Part shown: in pieces, positions 41,439-50,470 of the stretch | How the letters are laid out: every line of letters begins with the position of its first letter | How positions within the stretch are numbered: position 1 is the stretch's first letter | NCBI GenBank assembly: GCA_037440005.1 | Contig: JBBIUY010000022.1 | Span: forward strand, 1-50,470 | Length of the DNA: 50,470 bases | Reading direction: 5' to 3' | Origin: Armatimonadota bacterium | GTDB lineage: Bacteria > Sysuimicrobiota > Sysuimicrobiia > Sysuimicrobiales > Kaftiobacteriaceae | Notes under the pieces: model-generated | Seen by the model: the letters and a program-made list of their open reading frames with translations, nothing else | Told to the model about the DNA's origin: nothing | The model's database searches: none | Made by a program: the position numbers and the translations under genes

Positions 41439-42743
41439 CTACAGGCCGGCGACGAAGCGGCCGGGGTTGAGGATCCCGCGGGGATCGAACTGACGCTTGA
41501 GCTCGCGCATGATGGACAGCGCCTGCGGCGGCGGACCCCACACGTCCCGGGTGGCCTTGACCTCGGGCGGCGCCGCCACCAGGACGCAGTGCCCGCCCAG
41601 CTGCGCCGCCAGGGCGGCCAGCCGGTCCCACCACTGCACGGCGGCGGAGGCGGGCACCTCTACCCAGACGGCGCCGCTGCCGGCGTGAGCCACCAGACGG
41701 TCGCCGCCGGCGGCGTGCGCGTCGGCCGTCACCCGGGCCACCGCCCCCAGGGGGACGGTGACCCGGAACAGGGCCTGGGGGGAGGGTCCTCCCGACGCGT
41801 CGGTCAGGACAGACCACAGCCTGCGGTGGTGGTCGGACGACAGCGGTTCAGCGTGCAGGCCCCGCGCCTGGGCCATCCGCCGGATGTCCGACACGTGGCG
41901 GGCCACCGCTTCCTGGAATCCCTCCGCCCGCACCGCCAGCACGGGCTCAGCCGGCAGGCCGGCGGACGCCGCCAGAGCGGGCCCCACCACCGTCACCGCC
42001 GCGGGATGCAGGACCGACGCGAACAGGTCGTCCACCAGACCCAGCAGGTCGGCGAGCGCTCCCCGCGCCAGCACCGTGGCCTCGGTCTCGGGCAGGGGGG
42101 ACAGCCGGACGGTGACCTGGGTGATCACGCCCAGCGTGCCCAGGGATCCGGTGAACAGCTTGCACATGTCGTAGCCGGCCACGTTCTTGACCACCTTGCC
42201 GCCGGCTGTGATCCGCTGCCCGTCGGCCAGCACCACCTCCATGCCGATGACCAGGTCCCGCACGCCGCCGTACAGCATCCGCCGCGGACCGCCCCCGCCC
42301 ACGGCGACCGTCCCGCCCACCGTCGCCCGCGCCGGGTGGGGCGGCTCCACCGCCACGAACTGACCGGCCCGGGCCAGCGCCTCCTGGCAGGCGGCCACCG
42401 TCATGCCGGCCTGCACGGTGGCCGTGAGGTTGGCGTCGTCGTGCTCGATCAGCCGGTCCAGGCGCTCCAGGCTGAGGACCACGTCGGCCCGCCGGGGCGG
42501 GTTGCCCCAGTGCAGCGCCGTGCCGCCCCCCCGGGGGATGACCGCGGCCCCGGCCTCGGCGCACAGCCGCAGCGCCGCCGCCACCTGCCCGGCGTCGGCG
42601 GGCGCGCAGCGGAGGGCGGGGACCACGCCGTCGACGGCGTGGTCGCTCAGTCCCGCCGGACCGGCGCGGACCGCCGCCGGGCCCAGCTCCGCTTCCAGCC
42701 GGCCTGCCAGGCGCTCCACATCCACGACCGCCGCGTCGTCCAT
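41439..42743 (-). CDS. glcE: Glycolate oxidase FAD-binding subunit GlcE-like
   Basis: PRGGGT, ATVGG, GGKVVKNVAGYDMCKL.TGSLGTLG, FDPRGILNPGR. Confidence 0.88.
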   Translation of the reverse strand: MDDAAVVDVERLAGRLEAELGPAAVRAGPAGLSDHAVDGVVPALRCAPADAGQVAAALRLCAEAGAAVIPRGGGTALHWGNPPRRADVVLSLERLDRLIEHDDANLTATVQAGMTVAACQEALARAGQFVAVEPPHPARATVGGTVAVGGGGPRRMLYGGVRDLVIGMEVVLADGQRITAGGKVVKNVAGYDMCKLFTGSLGTLGVITQVTVRLSPLPETEATVLARGALADLLGLVDDLFASVLHPAAVTVVGPALAASAGLPAEPVLAVRAEGFQEAVARHVSDIRRMAQARGLHAEPLSSDHHRRLWSVLTDASGGPSPQALFRVTVPLGAVARVTADAHAAGGDRLVAHAGSGAVWVEVPASAAVQWWDRLAALAAQLGGHCVLVAAPPEVKATRDVWGPPPQALSIMRELKRQFDPRGILNPGRFVAGL

Positions 42744-42795
42744 CGCGCGCCCCCGCGCCTGCGTGGTACCGTCCGGCGTCTGGTGTCCGCCCGCG

Positions 42796-44127
42796 TCAGG
42801 CGTCCCCCGCCCGGTAGGACTCGTCCAGCAGGTCCACCAGGTGGTACACCGCCACGGCGGGCCCGTAGGCCCGGGCGCCGTAGCGCAGCTGCAGCATGCA
42901 CCCGGGGTTGGGGGCCACCACCGCCCGGGCGCCGGTGCGGGCGATGGCCTGCATCTTCTCCCGCAGCAGGGTCCGGGACATGTGGGGGTGGGTGATGTTG
43001 TAGATGCCGGCGCTGCCGCAGCAGCGGTCGGACCCGTCCATCTCCACCAGCCGCAGCCCCGGGATCAGGCCCAGCAGCTGCCGGGGCTGCGCCCGCACCT
43101 TCTGGCCGTGGGCCAGGTGGCAGGGGTCCTGGTAGGTGACGGTCAGGTCCACGCGCCCCGCCGGCGGCAGCGGACCCAGCCGCGCCAGAAACTCAGTCAC
43201 GTCGGCGACCATCCCCGCCAGCCGGCGCGCCGGCTCCGCCCACGCGGGATCGTCGGCCAGCAGGTGCCCGTATTCCTTCATGGCCGCCCCGCACCCGGCC
43301 GCGTTGACCACCGCCGCCTCCACGCCGGCCGCCAGGAAGGCGGCCACGTTGGCGCGGGCCATGGCGCGGGCGGATGCTACCTCCCCGTTGTGGACGTTCA
43401 GCGCCCCGCAGCAGACCTGAGTGCGGGGAACCACCACCTCGCAGCCGTTGCGCTGCAGCACCCGCACCGTGGCCGCGTCCACGTCGGCGAACAGCGTGCT
43501 CATCACGCATCCGGTCAGCAGCCCCACCCGCGCCCGGGCCGGCCCCAGGGCGGGGAAGACCTCGGTGGCGGGGGTGAAGAAGTGGCGCGGGACCGCCGGC
43601 AGCATCGCCGCCATCTCCCCCACCCGCCCGGGCAGCGCCCGCGCCAGGGCGGCCAGCCCCAGCCGCTGGGCTGCGCCCAGCAGGCGCGCCGCCCGCCGCA
43701 CCCGGCCGGGGAAGGGGAGCAGGCGGGTGAAGACGGCTCTGGCCGCCCACCGCGCCACCGGCGAGCCGGGCGGGCCCAGCACCGCGCGGGCGGCTTCGGC
43801 GATGCGGCCGTACTGCACGCCCGACGGGCAGGCGGTCTCGCAGGCGCGGCACATCAGGCACAGGTACAGGTGCTCGGCGAACCGTTCGCCGAGGTCGATC
43901 CGCCCTTCGGCGGCGGCGCGCACCAGGTGGATCCGCCCGCGGGGCGACTCGGCTTCCAGGCGGGTGACCCGGTAGGTGGGGCAGTGGTTCAGACACAGCC
44001 CGCAGTGGACGCACCGGTCCAGCTCGGGGATGGCCGGAATCGCCGCCGCGGTCCGGCGGCCGGCCGGCCCCGCGGAGGCGCCACGGCCGCCGCGCTCCTG
44101 CGCTCCCCCGCCGCCGTGCTCTCCCAT
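42796..44127 (-). CDS. glcF: Glycolate oxidase Fe-S subunit GlcF
   Basis: CVHCGLCLNHCP, ESPRGR, CLMCRACETACP, two CCG domains, DPCHLAH, NPGC. Confidence 0.9.
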   Translation of the reverse strand: MGEHGGGGAQERGGRGASAGPAGRRTAAAIPAIPELDRCVHCGLCLNHCPTYRVTRLEAESPRGRIHLVRAAAEGRIDLGERFAEHLYLCLMCRACETACPSGVQYGRIAEAARAVLGPPGSPVARWAARAVFTRLLPFPGRVRRAARLLGAAQRLGLAALARALPGRVGEMAAMLPAVPRHFFTPATEVFPALGPARARVGLLTGCVMSTLFADVDAATVRVLQRNGCEVVVPRTQVCCGALNVHNGEVASARAMARANVAAFLAAGVEAAVVNAAGCGAAMKEYGHLLADDPAWAEPARRLAGMVADVTEFLARLGPLPPAGRVDLTVTYQDPCHLAHGQKVRAQPRQLLGLIPGLRLVEMDGSDRCCGSAGIYNITHPHMSRTLLREKMQAIARTGARAVVAPNPGCMLQLRYGARAYGPAVAVYHLVDLLDESYRAGDA

Positions 44128-44133
44128 GGCCGG

Positions 44134-45624
44134 TCAGATCCACAGCCCCGCCGGAATCGCCGCCGGGGCCCGGCGCATCTCGGCGCAGGTGATGGGGGTG
44201 GGGAACATCTTGGCCGGGTTGAAGCGGCCGTCGGGGTCGAACACCCGGCGCACCCGGGCCATGGCGTCCAGGTCCGCCGGGGAGAACAGCAGGTCCATGT
44301 AGGCCTTCTTCTCCAGCCCGATGCCGTGCTCGCCGGTGATGCTGCCCCCGGCGGCCACGCAGGCCCGGAGGATGTCCCCGCCGGCGGCGATCACCCGCTC
44401 CAGCTGGCCGGGGGCGCGCATGTCGAAGAGGATGTTGGGGTGCAGGTTGCCGTCGCCGGCGTGGAACACGTTGGCGATCCGCAGCCCGTACCGCCGGCCG
44501 ATCTCGGCGATCTCCCGCATGACCTGGGGCAGCCGGCTGCGGGGCACCACGCCGTCCTGGACGTAGTAGTGGGGCGCCAGCGCGCCCAGGGCGCCAAACG
44601 CCCCCTTGCGCCCCTTCCACAGGCGCTGGCGCTCCGCTTCGTCCCGGGCCACCCGGACCTCCCGGGCGCCGCCGCGGACGCAGATCTGCCGGGCCAGCTC
44701 CGCCGCCCGCTCGGCGTACTCGCGCACCCCCTCCACCTCCACCAGCAGGACCGCCTCGGCGTCCCGGGGGTAGCCTGCCGGGGCGCCGGTCTCCACCGCC
44801 TCGATGGTGGTGCGGTCCATCATCTCCAGGGCCGCGGGGACGATGCCCGCGGCGGTGATCTGCACCACCACGTCGGTGGCGTCGTCCATCCGGTCGAAGA
44901 TGGCCAGCAGGGTGCGCACCGCCTCCCGGGCGCGCATCAGCCGCAGGGCGGCCGCCGTCACGATGCCGAGGGTGCCTTCCGAGCCCACAAAGACGCCGGT
45001 CAGGTCGTATCCGGGCGGGTCGGGCACCCGGCCGCCCAGCCAGGTCACCGTGCCGTCGCCCAGCACCACCTCCAGCCCCAGGACGTGGTTGGTGGTGACC
45101 CCGTAGGCCAGGGTGTGGGGGCCGCCCGAGTTGTTGGCCACGTTGCCCCCGATCGAACAGGCCGCCTGGCTGCTGGGGTCGGGCGCGTAAAAATACCCCT
45201 GGCCCGCCACCGCCCGGGTGACGTCCAGGTTGATGACGCCCGCTTCGGCGACGGCGATCCGGCCGCGCAGGTCCACCTCCCGGATGCGGGTCATGCGCGC
45301 CAGGGACACCACCACGCCCCCCTCGGCCGGCACGGCGCCCCCCGCCAGTCCGGTGCCCGACCCCCGCGGCACGATGGGGACGTTGGCCTCCCGGGCGGCG
45401 CCCACCACGGCGGCCACCTCGGACGTGGAGGCGGGCAGGACCACCACCTCGGGCAGGACCTGCAGGATGGACCCGTCCTGCTCGTAGACCACCACGTCGG
45501 CGGGGTCGGTGAGCACGTGGCGGTCGCCCACGATCTCCCGCAGCCGGCGCACCAGGCCCCGGCGCTGGGCCCTTCCGCCCTCCGCCGACCCCCGGTCCGT
45601 CGTCGTCCGCTCCGCGTCCGTCAC
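44134..45624 (-). CDS. glcD: Glycolate oxidase subunit GlcD-like (copy 2)
   Basis: GTG 45624 overlaps the copy-1 stop. PRGSGTGLAGG, YAPDPSSQAACSIGGN, GPHTLAYGVT, GSEGTLG, HAGDGNLHP, GEHGIG. Confidence 0.9.
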   Translation of the reverse strand: MTDAERTTTDRGSAEGGRAQRRGLVRRLREIVGDRHVLTDPADVVVYEQDGSILQVLPEVVVLPASTSEVAAVVGAAREANVPIVPRGSGTGLAGGAVPAEGGVVVSLARMTRIREVDLRGRIAVAEAGVINLDVTRAVAGQGYFYAPDPSSQAACSIGGNVANNSGGPHTLAYGVTTNHVLGLEVVLGDGTVTWLGGRVPDPPGYDLTGVFVGSEGTLGIVTAAALRLMRAREAVRTLLAIFDRMDDATDVVVQITAAGIVPAALEMMDRTTIEAVETGAPAGYPRDAEAVLLVEVEGVREYAERAAELARQICVRGGAREVRVARDEAERQRLWKGRKGAFGALGALAPHYYVQDGVVPRSRLPQVMREIAEIGRRYGLRIANVFHAGDGNLHPNILFDMRAPGQLERVIAAGGDILRACVAAGGSITGEHGIGLEKKAYMDLLFSPADLDAMARVRRVFDPDGRFNPAKMFPTPITCAEMRRAPAAIPAGLWI

Positions 45625-47000
45625 TGCGGCACCACCTTGCCCGGGTTCAGGCGTCCGTGGGGGTCCCACGCCCGGCGCAGCCGCCGCATCGCCTCCAGGT
45701 CCGCGTCGGTGAACATCCAGCGCATCTGCTCGCGCTTGTCCAGCCCCACCCCGTGCTCGCCGGTGATGGTGCCCCCCAGCTCCAGGCCCGCCCGCACGAT
45801 CTCCTCCCCGGCCCGGGCTACGGCGGCCGCGGCCGCGGGGTCGCGCGGGTCGTACAGCAGGTTGGGGTGCAGGTTGCCGTCGCCCGCGTGGAAGAAGTTG
45901 GCGATGGGGACTCCCGTCCGGGCCGCGATCTCCGCCACCCTGCGCATCATCTCCGGCAGCCGGTGCCGGGGCACCGTCACGTCCGCCAGGTACACGCCAC
46001 GGCGGACCCGCCCCAGGGCCCCGAAGGCCTCCTTGCGGCCCTTCCACAGCAGCGCGCGCTCTTCCTCGGTGGCGGCCGTGCGGATCTGGCGGGCCCCGTG
46101 GCGGGCGCACAGGGCGCGGATCCGGTCCGCCAGGCGGTCCAGGACGTCGGCGACCCCCTCCACCTCCACCAGCAGCACCGCGCCGGCGTCGGCGGGGTAC
46201 CCGGCGTGCACGAAGTCTTCGACGATGCGCAGGGTCAGGGCGTCGAGCATCTCCAGAGCGGCGGGCACCACGCCGGAGGCGATGATGTCGGAGACGGCCC
46301 GGCTGGCCGGCTCCACCCCGTCGAAGATGGCCAGCAGGGTGCGCGCGCCTTCGGGAAGGCGCACCAGGCGGACCAGGGCCCGGGTGACGATGCCCAGCGT
46401 GCCCTCCGAGCCCACCAGGACGCCCCGCAGGTCGTAGCCCGGCGCGTCGGAGGCGGCCCCGCCCACCCAGACGACGCTGCCGTCGGCCAGCACCACCTGG
46501 GCCGCCAGCACGTGGTGGGTGGTGACGCCGTAGGCCAGGCAGTGAGGGCCGCCGGCGTTGGTGGCGATGTTGCCTCCGACGGTGGACGCGGCCTGGCTGC
46601 CCGGGTCCGGCGCGAACGTCAGGCCGTAGGGACGGGCGGCGGCGTTCAGGTCGGCGTTGACGACCCCGGCCTCCACGTCCGCCAGCCGGGCCCGGGGGTC
46701 GATGGAGAGGATCCGGTCCAGACGGGTGAGCACGACCAGCACGCCTCCCCCCTCGGGCACCGCGCCGCCGGCCAGCCCGGTCCCGGCGCCCCGGGGGATC
46801 ACCGGCACGCCGCCGTCGGCCGCCGCCCGAACGACCGCCGCCACCTCCTCCGCCGAACCCGGCAGGACGACGACGTCGGGCAGGGCTCCCGTCAGCGGGA
46901 GGGCGTCCGCCTCGTAGACCACCACGTCCGCGGGGTCTGCCAGCACGTAGCGGTCGCCCACGATCTCCCGCAGCCGCCGCACCAGCCCGTCCCGGCCCAC
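45621..47000 (-). CDS. glcD: Glycolate oxidase subunit GlcD-like (copy 1)
   Basis: PRGAGTGLAGG, FAPDPGSQAASTVGGN, GPHCLAYGVT, GSEGTLG, HAGDGNLHP, GEHGVG, LNPGK. Confidence 0.9.
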   Translation of the reverse strand: MGRDGLVRRLREIVGDRYVLADPADVVVYEADALPLTGALPDVVVLPGSAEEVAAVVRAAADGGVPVIPRGAGTGLAGGAVPEGGGVLVVLTRLDRILSIDPRARLADVEAGVVNADLNAAARPYGLTFAPDPGSQAASTVGGNIATNAGGPHCLAYGVTTHHVLAAQVVLADGSVVWVGGAASDAPGYDLRGVLVGSEGTLGIVTRALVRLVRLPEGARTLLAIFDGVEPASRAVSDIIASGVVPAALEMLDALTLRIVEDFVHAGYPADAGAVLLVEVEGVADVLDRLADRIRALCARHGARQIRTAATEEERALLWKGRKEAFGALGRVRRGVYLADVTVPRHRLPEMMRRVAEIAARTGVPIANFFHAGDGNLHPNLLYDPRDPAAAAAVARAGEEIVRAGLELGGTITGEHGVGLDKREQMRWMFTDADLEAMRRLRRAWDPHGRLNPGKVVPQ

Positions 47001-47004
47001 AGCC

Positions 47005-47165
47005 CTCCCTTCCCTTCACTCACGTTGGAACGTTGGACCGTTGGAACGTTGAACCGTGGGTCTTTTCCCTCTTCCCTCTTCCTTCTTCCCTCTTCCCTTC
47101 ACTCACGTTGGAACGTTGGACCGTTGAACCGTGGGTCTTCCCCTTTTCCCTTTTCCCTTTTCCCT
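47005..47165. repeat. Composite duplicated repeat: octamer arrays (CGTTGGAA-like) alternating with pyrimidine heptamer arrays
   Basis: Unit tcccttcactca(cgttggaa/cgttggac/cgttgaac)n-cgtgggtctt at 47011-47064 and 47094-47139 (the second lacks one octamer). Each unit is followed by (ccctctt/ccctttt)n. Confidence 0.92.
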
Positions 47166-47781
47166 ACCCAACCACGACCACCATCACGTCGGTGGGACCG
47201 TGGACCCCCCGCACGGGCACCAGCTCGATGTCGGCGGTGCGGCTGGGACCGGTGACCAGCGTCAGGGCCGACGGCAGGGAGGCCGGACGGGCCGCCAGCA
47301 ACTCGTCCAGGGTGGCCACGATCCGCCCGGCCGGCAGCACCGCCACGTGCAGCGCAGGCAGCAGCGAGGCGGCCCGGGGCCGGCCCGGACCGCAGCTGAG
47401 GACCAGGGTGCCGCTCACTGCCACGGCCGCGTCGGCTGTGGTCAGGCCGGCGTCGCAGGCGTCCAGCTGCTGAGGCGTCTGCCCGGCGGCGTGGACGACC
47501 GCAACGCCCGCCTCCTGCAGGGACGCCACCGCCGGGGACAGCACCGGGTCGTCCCACACCGCCGCCATGCGCACCCCGCGGCCGACCAGGTTCTCCGCCA
47601 GCCTGGCCGGCCAGGCCGACGCCGGGACGACCACCACCTCCGCGCCGGCGTCCCGGGCGCGGCGGGCGAACAGGTCCACCACGTCGCCGGCAGGTCCGGC
47701 GGGCGGGCGCACAGGGGGGAGGAGGACCTCGGAAGGCGCCCGCGCCCGCAGCCGCGCCAGGATCTCGTCCCGGGCGCTCAC
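47164..47781 (-). CDS. lutC: Lactate utilization protein C (LUD domain)
   Basis: GTG 47781. SARDEILARLR, SGTLVL...GRPRAASLLP.LH, TGPSRTADIE..PVRGVHGP. Confidence 0.92.
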   Translation of the reverse strand: MSARDEILARLRARAPSEVLLPPVRPPAGPAGDVVDLFARRARDAGAEVVVVPASAWPARLAENLVGRGVRMAAVWDDPVLSPAVASLQEAGVAVVHAAGQTPQQLDACDAGLTTADAAVAVSGTLVLSCGPGRPRAASLLPALHVAVLPAGRIVATLDELLAARPASLPSALTLVTGPSRTADIELVPVRGVHGPTDVMVVVVG

Positions 47782-49196
47782 GGCCCTGTCTCCTTGCGGC
47801 GGGATGTGTTCCAGAGGTCCCGGAACGCCGCGGGCGGCGGCGGGGGCAGGTCGCGCACGCGCGTCCACGCCGACAGCGGAAAGGGGACGGGCAGCCTGCC
47901 CCGCCACAGTACCCGCAGCACCCACCGGGCCAGCCGGCCCGCCACCCGCAGGCGGGACGGGTGCGCCATCACCGCCGTCCACCCCCGCACGAACGCCCGC
48001 TCGGTCAGGCGGGCTCCGCCCCCGCCGACGACCCGTGCCCGCAGCTCCAGCAGCAGGCGGGGCAGGTCGATCCGGACCGGGCAGATCTCCCCGCACGCCC
48101 CGCACAGCGACGACGCGAACGGCAGCCGGCCCGCCACGTCCAGCCCCCGCAGCAGCGGGGTGATCACGGCGCCGATGGGACCGGAGTACACCGACCCGTA
48201 GGCGTGGCCGGCGGTGCGCTCGAAGACCGGGCAGACGTCCAGGCAGGCGCCGCAGCGGATGCAGGCCAGCGCCTCGGCCATCACCGGGTCGGCGGCGATG
48301 GAGGACCGGCCGTTGTCGAGGATCACCAGGTGGAGCTGGTCGGGCCCGTCGGCCTCGCCCGCCCGGCGGGGGCCGGTGACCAGGGACACGTAGCTGCTCA
48401 TGCGCTGCCCCGTCGCCGCCCGGGGCAGCAGGGTGAGGAACACGGCCAGGTCCGCCAGACGCGGGACGACCTTCTCCAGGCCCATCAGCGCGATGTGCAC
48501 CGGCGGCAGGGTGGTGGTCAGGCGGGCGTTGCCCTCGTTTTCCACGATGACGAGGGTGCCGGTCTCCGCCACGGCGAAGTTGACGCCGGTGATTCCCACC
48601 TCGGCGCCCAAAAAGGCCCGGCGCAGCGCCTCCCGGGCCACCTGGGTGAGGTCGCGGGGGTCGTCGTAGACCGGAACGCCCAGGTGGCGGGCCAGCAACC
48701 GGGCGATGTCGTCCCTGGACCGGTGCACCGCCGGCGCGATGAGGTGGGCCGGCCGGTCGCCGGCCAGCTGCAGCAGGTACTCGCCCAGGTCGGTCTCCAC
48801 CACCCGGCAGCCGGCCGTCTGCAGCGCCTCGTTGAGCTCGATCTCTTCCGAGGTCATGGACTTGCTCTTGACCACCGCCCGGCCGCCGTGGGAGCGGACC
48901 AGATCCACGATGATCCGCCGGGCCTCGCCGGCGTCCCGGGCCCAGTGCACGCGGCCGCCGGCGGCGGTGACGGCGGCCTCCAGCTGCTCCAGGTAGCGGT
49001 CCAGGTGGGCCAGGGTGTGCATCTTGACCCGGTGGGCGTACTCCCGCAGGTCCTGCCAGTCCGGGACCTCGCCGATGACCGCCCGCTGCAGCTCCCGGAA
49101 GCGCACCATGGCCCGCCGCACCGACGCGTGCAGGGCCGGGTTGGCCAGGGCGGCCTCCGCATTCCGGACGAAGTCGATGGGGGCCGGTCTCGTCAC
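47778..49196 (-). CDS. lutB: Lactate utilization Fe-S protein B
   Basis: KSKSMTSEEI, ETDLGEY, NEGNARL, CIRCGACLDVCP, YSGPIG, SSLCGACGEICPVRI. Confidence 0.95.
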   Translation of the reverse strand: MTRPAPIDFVRNAEAALANPALHASVRRAMVRFRELQRAVIGEVPDWQDLREYAHRVKMHTLAHLDRYLEQLEAAVTAAGGRVHWARDAGEARRIIVDLVRSHGGRAVVKSKSMTSEEIELNEALQTAGCRVVETDLGEYLLQLAGDRPAHLIAPAVHRSRDDIARLLARHLGVPVYDDPRDLTQVAREALRRAFLGAEVGITGVNFAVAETGTLVIVENEGNARLTTTLPPVHIALMGLEKVVPRLADLAVFLTLLPRAATGQRMSSYVSLVTGPRRAGEADGPDQLHLVILDNGRSSIAADPVMAEALACIRCGACLDVCPVFERTAGHAYGSVYSGPIGAVITPLLRGLDVAGRLPFASSLCGACGEICPVRIDLPRLLLELRARVVGGGGARLTERAFVRGWTAVMAHPSRLRVAGRLARWVLRVLWRGRLPVPFPLSAWTRVRDLPPPPPAAFRDLWNTSRRKETGP

Positions 49197-49233
49197 GCCC
49201 TCGGGACCTCCTCCCGGCGGCGGCTGTGCCCGG

Positions 49234-49977
49234 TCAGCGCGCCGCCAGGATCTCGGCGATGTGGACCGCCCGCACCGGGCTGCCCCGGCGGGACAGGCCG
49301 CCGGCCAGGTGCATCAGGCAGCTGCAGTCGGTGGAGGTGACCACCTCCGCCCCGCTGGCCTCCACGGCCGCCAGTTTGGCCTGCAGCATCGAGCCCGACA
49401 GGGCGGCGAAGGTGACCGCAAACATGCCTCCGAACCCGCAGCACTCCTCCGCGCCCGCCAGCTCCCGCAGCTCCAGGTCCCGCACCGCCCCCAGCAGCCG
49501 CCGGGGCTGGTCGCGCAGGCGCAGGCCCCGCAGGGCGTGGCAGGAGGGGTGGTAGGCCACCCGGTGCGGAAAGCGCGCGCCCAGGTCCGTCACGCCGACT
49601 CTGTCCACCAGGAACTCGGTGAGCTCGTAGGTCCGCCCGGCCAGCGCGCGCGCCCGGGCGGCGGTCGGCGGGTCGTCGCGCAGCAGCAGCGGGTAGAACT
49701 CGCGCACCATGGTGGCGCACGACGCGCTGGGGGCCACCACCGCCGGGGCGTCCGCGAAGTCGTCCAGGAACTTGCGGGCCAGCCGCGCCGCCTCCGGCCA
49801 GAAGCCGTCGTTGAAGGCGATCTGGCCGCAGCAGGTCTGACCCGGCGGCACGTCCACGTCCACTCCCGCCCGGCGCAGGACCGCCGCCGCCGCCTCGCCC
49901 ACCTGCGGGAACAGCTGGTCCACCAGGCACGTGACCCACAGGGCGGCCCGCGCCGGACGGGCCGGATCGCCGGTCAT
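49234..49977 (-). CDS. lutA: Lactate utilization Fe-S protein A
   Basis: ATG 49977 overlaps the upstream stop. TCLVD, QTCCGQ, YHPSCH, CCGFGG.F, DCSCLMHL. Confidence 0.93.
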   Translation of the reverse strand: MTGDPARPARAALWVTCLVDQLFPQVGEAAAAVLRRAGVDVDVPPGQTCCGQIAFNDGFWPEAARLARKFLDDFADAPAVVAPSASCATMVREFYPLLLRDDPPTAARARALAGRTYELTEFLVDRVGVTDLGARFPHRVAYHPSCHALRGLRLRDQPRRLLGAVRDLELRELAGAEECCGFGGMFAVTFAALSGSMLQAKLAAVEASGAEVVTSTDCSCLMHLAGGLSRRGSPVRAVHIAEILAAR

Positions 49978-50468
49978 CGCACGTAGGCCCCCGGGATCCC
50001 GCCATCCACGGTCAGGATCCCGCCGGTGGTGGTGCGGGAGCGGTCCGAGGCGAAGAACAGCACCGCCTCGGCCACGTCCTGGGGGAAGACGTTGACCTTG
50101 AGGGTGGTGCGCTGCCGGTAGAACTCCTCCAGCTGCTCGGGCGGGATGCCGTAGGCCCGGGCGCGTTCCTGCCGCCACTGGGTGGTCCAGATCCGGGAGC
50201 CTTCCAGGACCGCGTCGGGGCACACCGCGTTCACCCGGATGCCCCACGGCCCGGCCTCCTCGGCCAGGGTGCGGGCCAGGTGCAGCTCGGCGGCCTTGGC
50301 GGCGTTGTAGGCGGCGGCGTCCTTGCTGGGCACGAGAGCGTTCTTGCTGGCCACGACCACGATGGACCCGCCCGTCCCCTGGGCCTTCATCACCCGCACC
50401 GCCTCCCGGGCGGTGAGGAAGTAGCCGGTGGCCAGGACCTCGAACAGCCGGCGCCACTGGTCGGCGGG
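49974..50468 (-). CDS. C-terminal SDR domain of bifunctional rhamnulose-1-P aldolase/lactaldehyde dehydrogenase (RhaEW/YuxG-like), partial
   Basis: ASKN...AYNAAKAAELHLAR..AEE....IRVN.V.PDAVLEGS.IW...WRQERA.AYG....EFYRQRTTLK, which is characteristic of this family. The 5' part lies outside the window. Confidence 0.82.
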   Translation of the reverse strand, partial: PADQWRRLFEVLATGYFLTAREAVRVMKAQGTGGSIVVVASKNALVPSKDAAAYNAAKAAELHLARTLAEEAGPWGIRVNAVCPDAVLEGSRIWTTQWRQERARAYGIPPEQLEEFYRQRTTLKVNVFPQDVAEAVLFFASDRSRTTTGGILTVDGGIPGAYVR

Positions 50469-50470
50469 GG

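Noticed and set aside
42403..46437. 1344-aa plus-strand ORF and similar long antisense ORFs (e.g. 5565-8228, most of 15956-19375)
   Set aside because: These are shadow frames of well-supported genes in very GC-rich DNA. The translations are low-complexity and have no motifs.
47005..47165. Possible mini CRISPR array
   Set aside because: Only two units, built from short tandem monomers. The intervening sequence is low-complexity rather than unique spacers, and there are no cas genes.

Overview
A very GC-rich (clearly >70% by eye), gene-dense chromosomal segment of a Terrabacteria-type bacterium. An Armatimonadota-like thermophile is my inference from gene style, not a tested assignment. I found no rRNA, tRNA, CRISPR array, integrase or transposase. 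In order the window holds: a partial, apparently catalytically dead gluzincin-like exported protein; rpmE; a LysM/M23 peptidase; rho; tal/fsa; an SLH-BsuPI surface protein; htrA-argS; a complete accDABC operon; a ROK kinase; an SPFH protein; a sugar-ABC ATPase with archaeal-type PGI/PMI; and a ~15 kb alpha-glucan/trehalose/osmotic-stress cluster (GH63-like hydrolase, short MscS, epimerase, GH57 branching enzyme, GlgC, DUF3536 GH57, DUF5752, TreT, fused TPS-TPP, YihY, MscS). After that come a pseudo-rhomboid plus Zn-finger membrane protein plus AglFG-like permeases, a group-2 sigma-70, SOD, a ClC-CBS-RCK_C transporter, an AglE-like binding protein, and a rhaEW-lutABC-glcD-glcD-glcF-glcE operon. 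The most notable signals are: (i) the archaeal-style DUF5752/TreT + TPSP/MscS trehalose module; (ii) a recurring SigH-like promoter motif CAGG-N17-19-CGAA upstream of at least five genes; (iii) two structured leaders with internal terminator-like hairpins; (iv) a shared purine-rich, G-quadruplex-like tandem repeat directly after two stop codons 46 kb apart; (v) two likely pseudo-proteases; and (vi) a BsuPI domain inserted inside an SLH repeat. All family calls come from motif recognition by eye; no database search was run.
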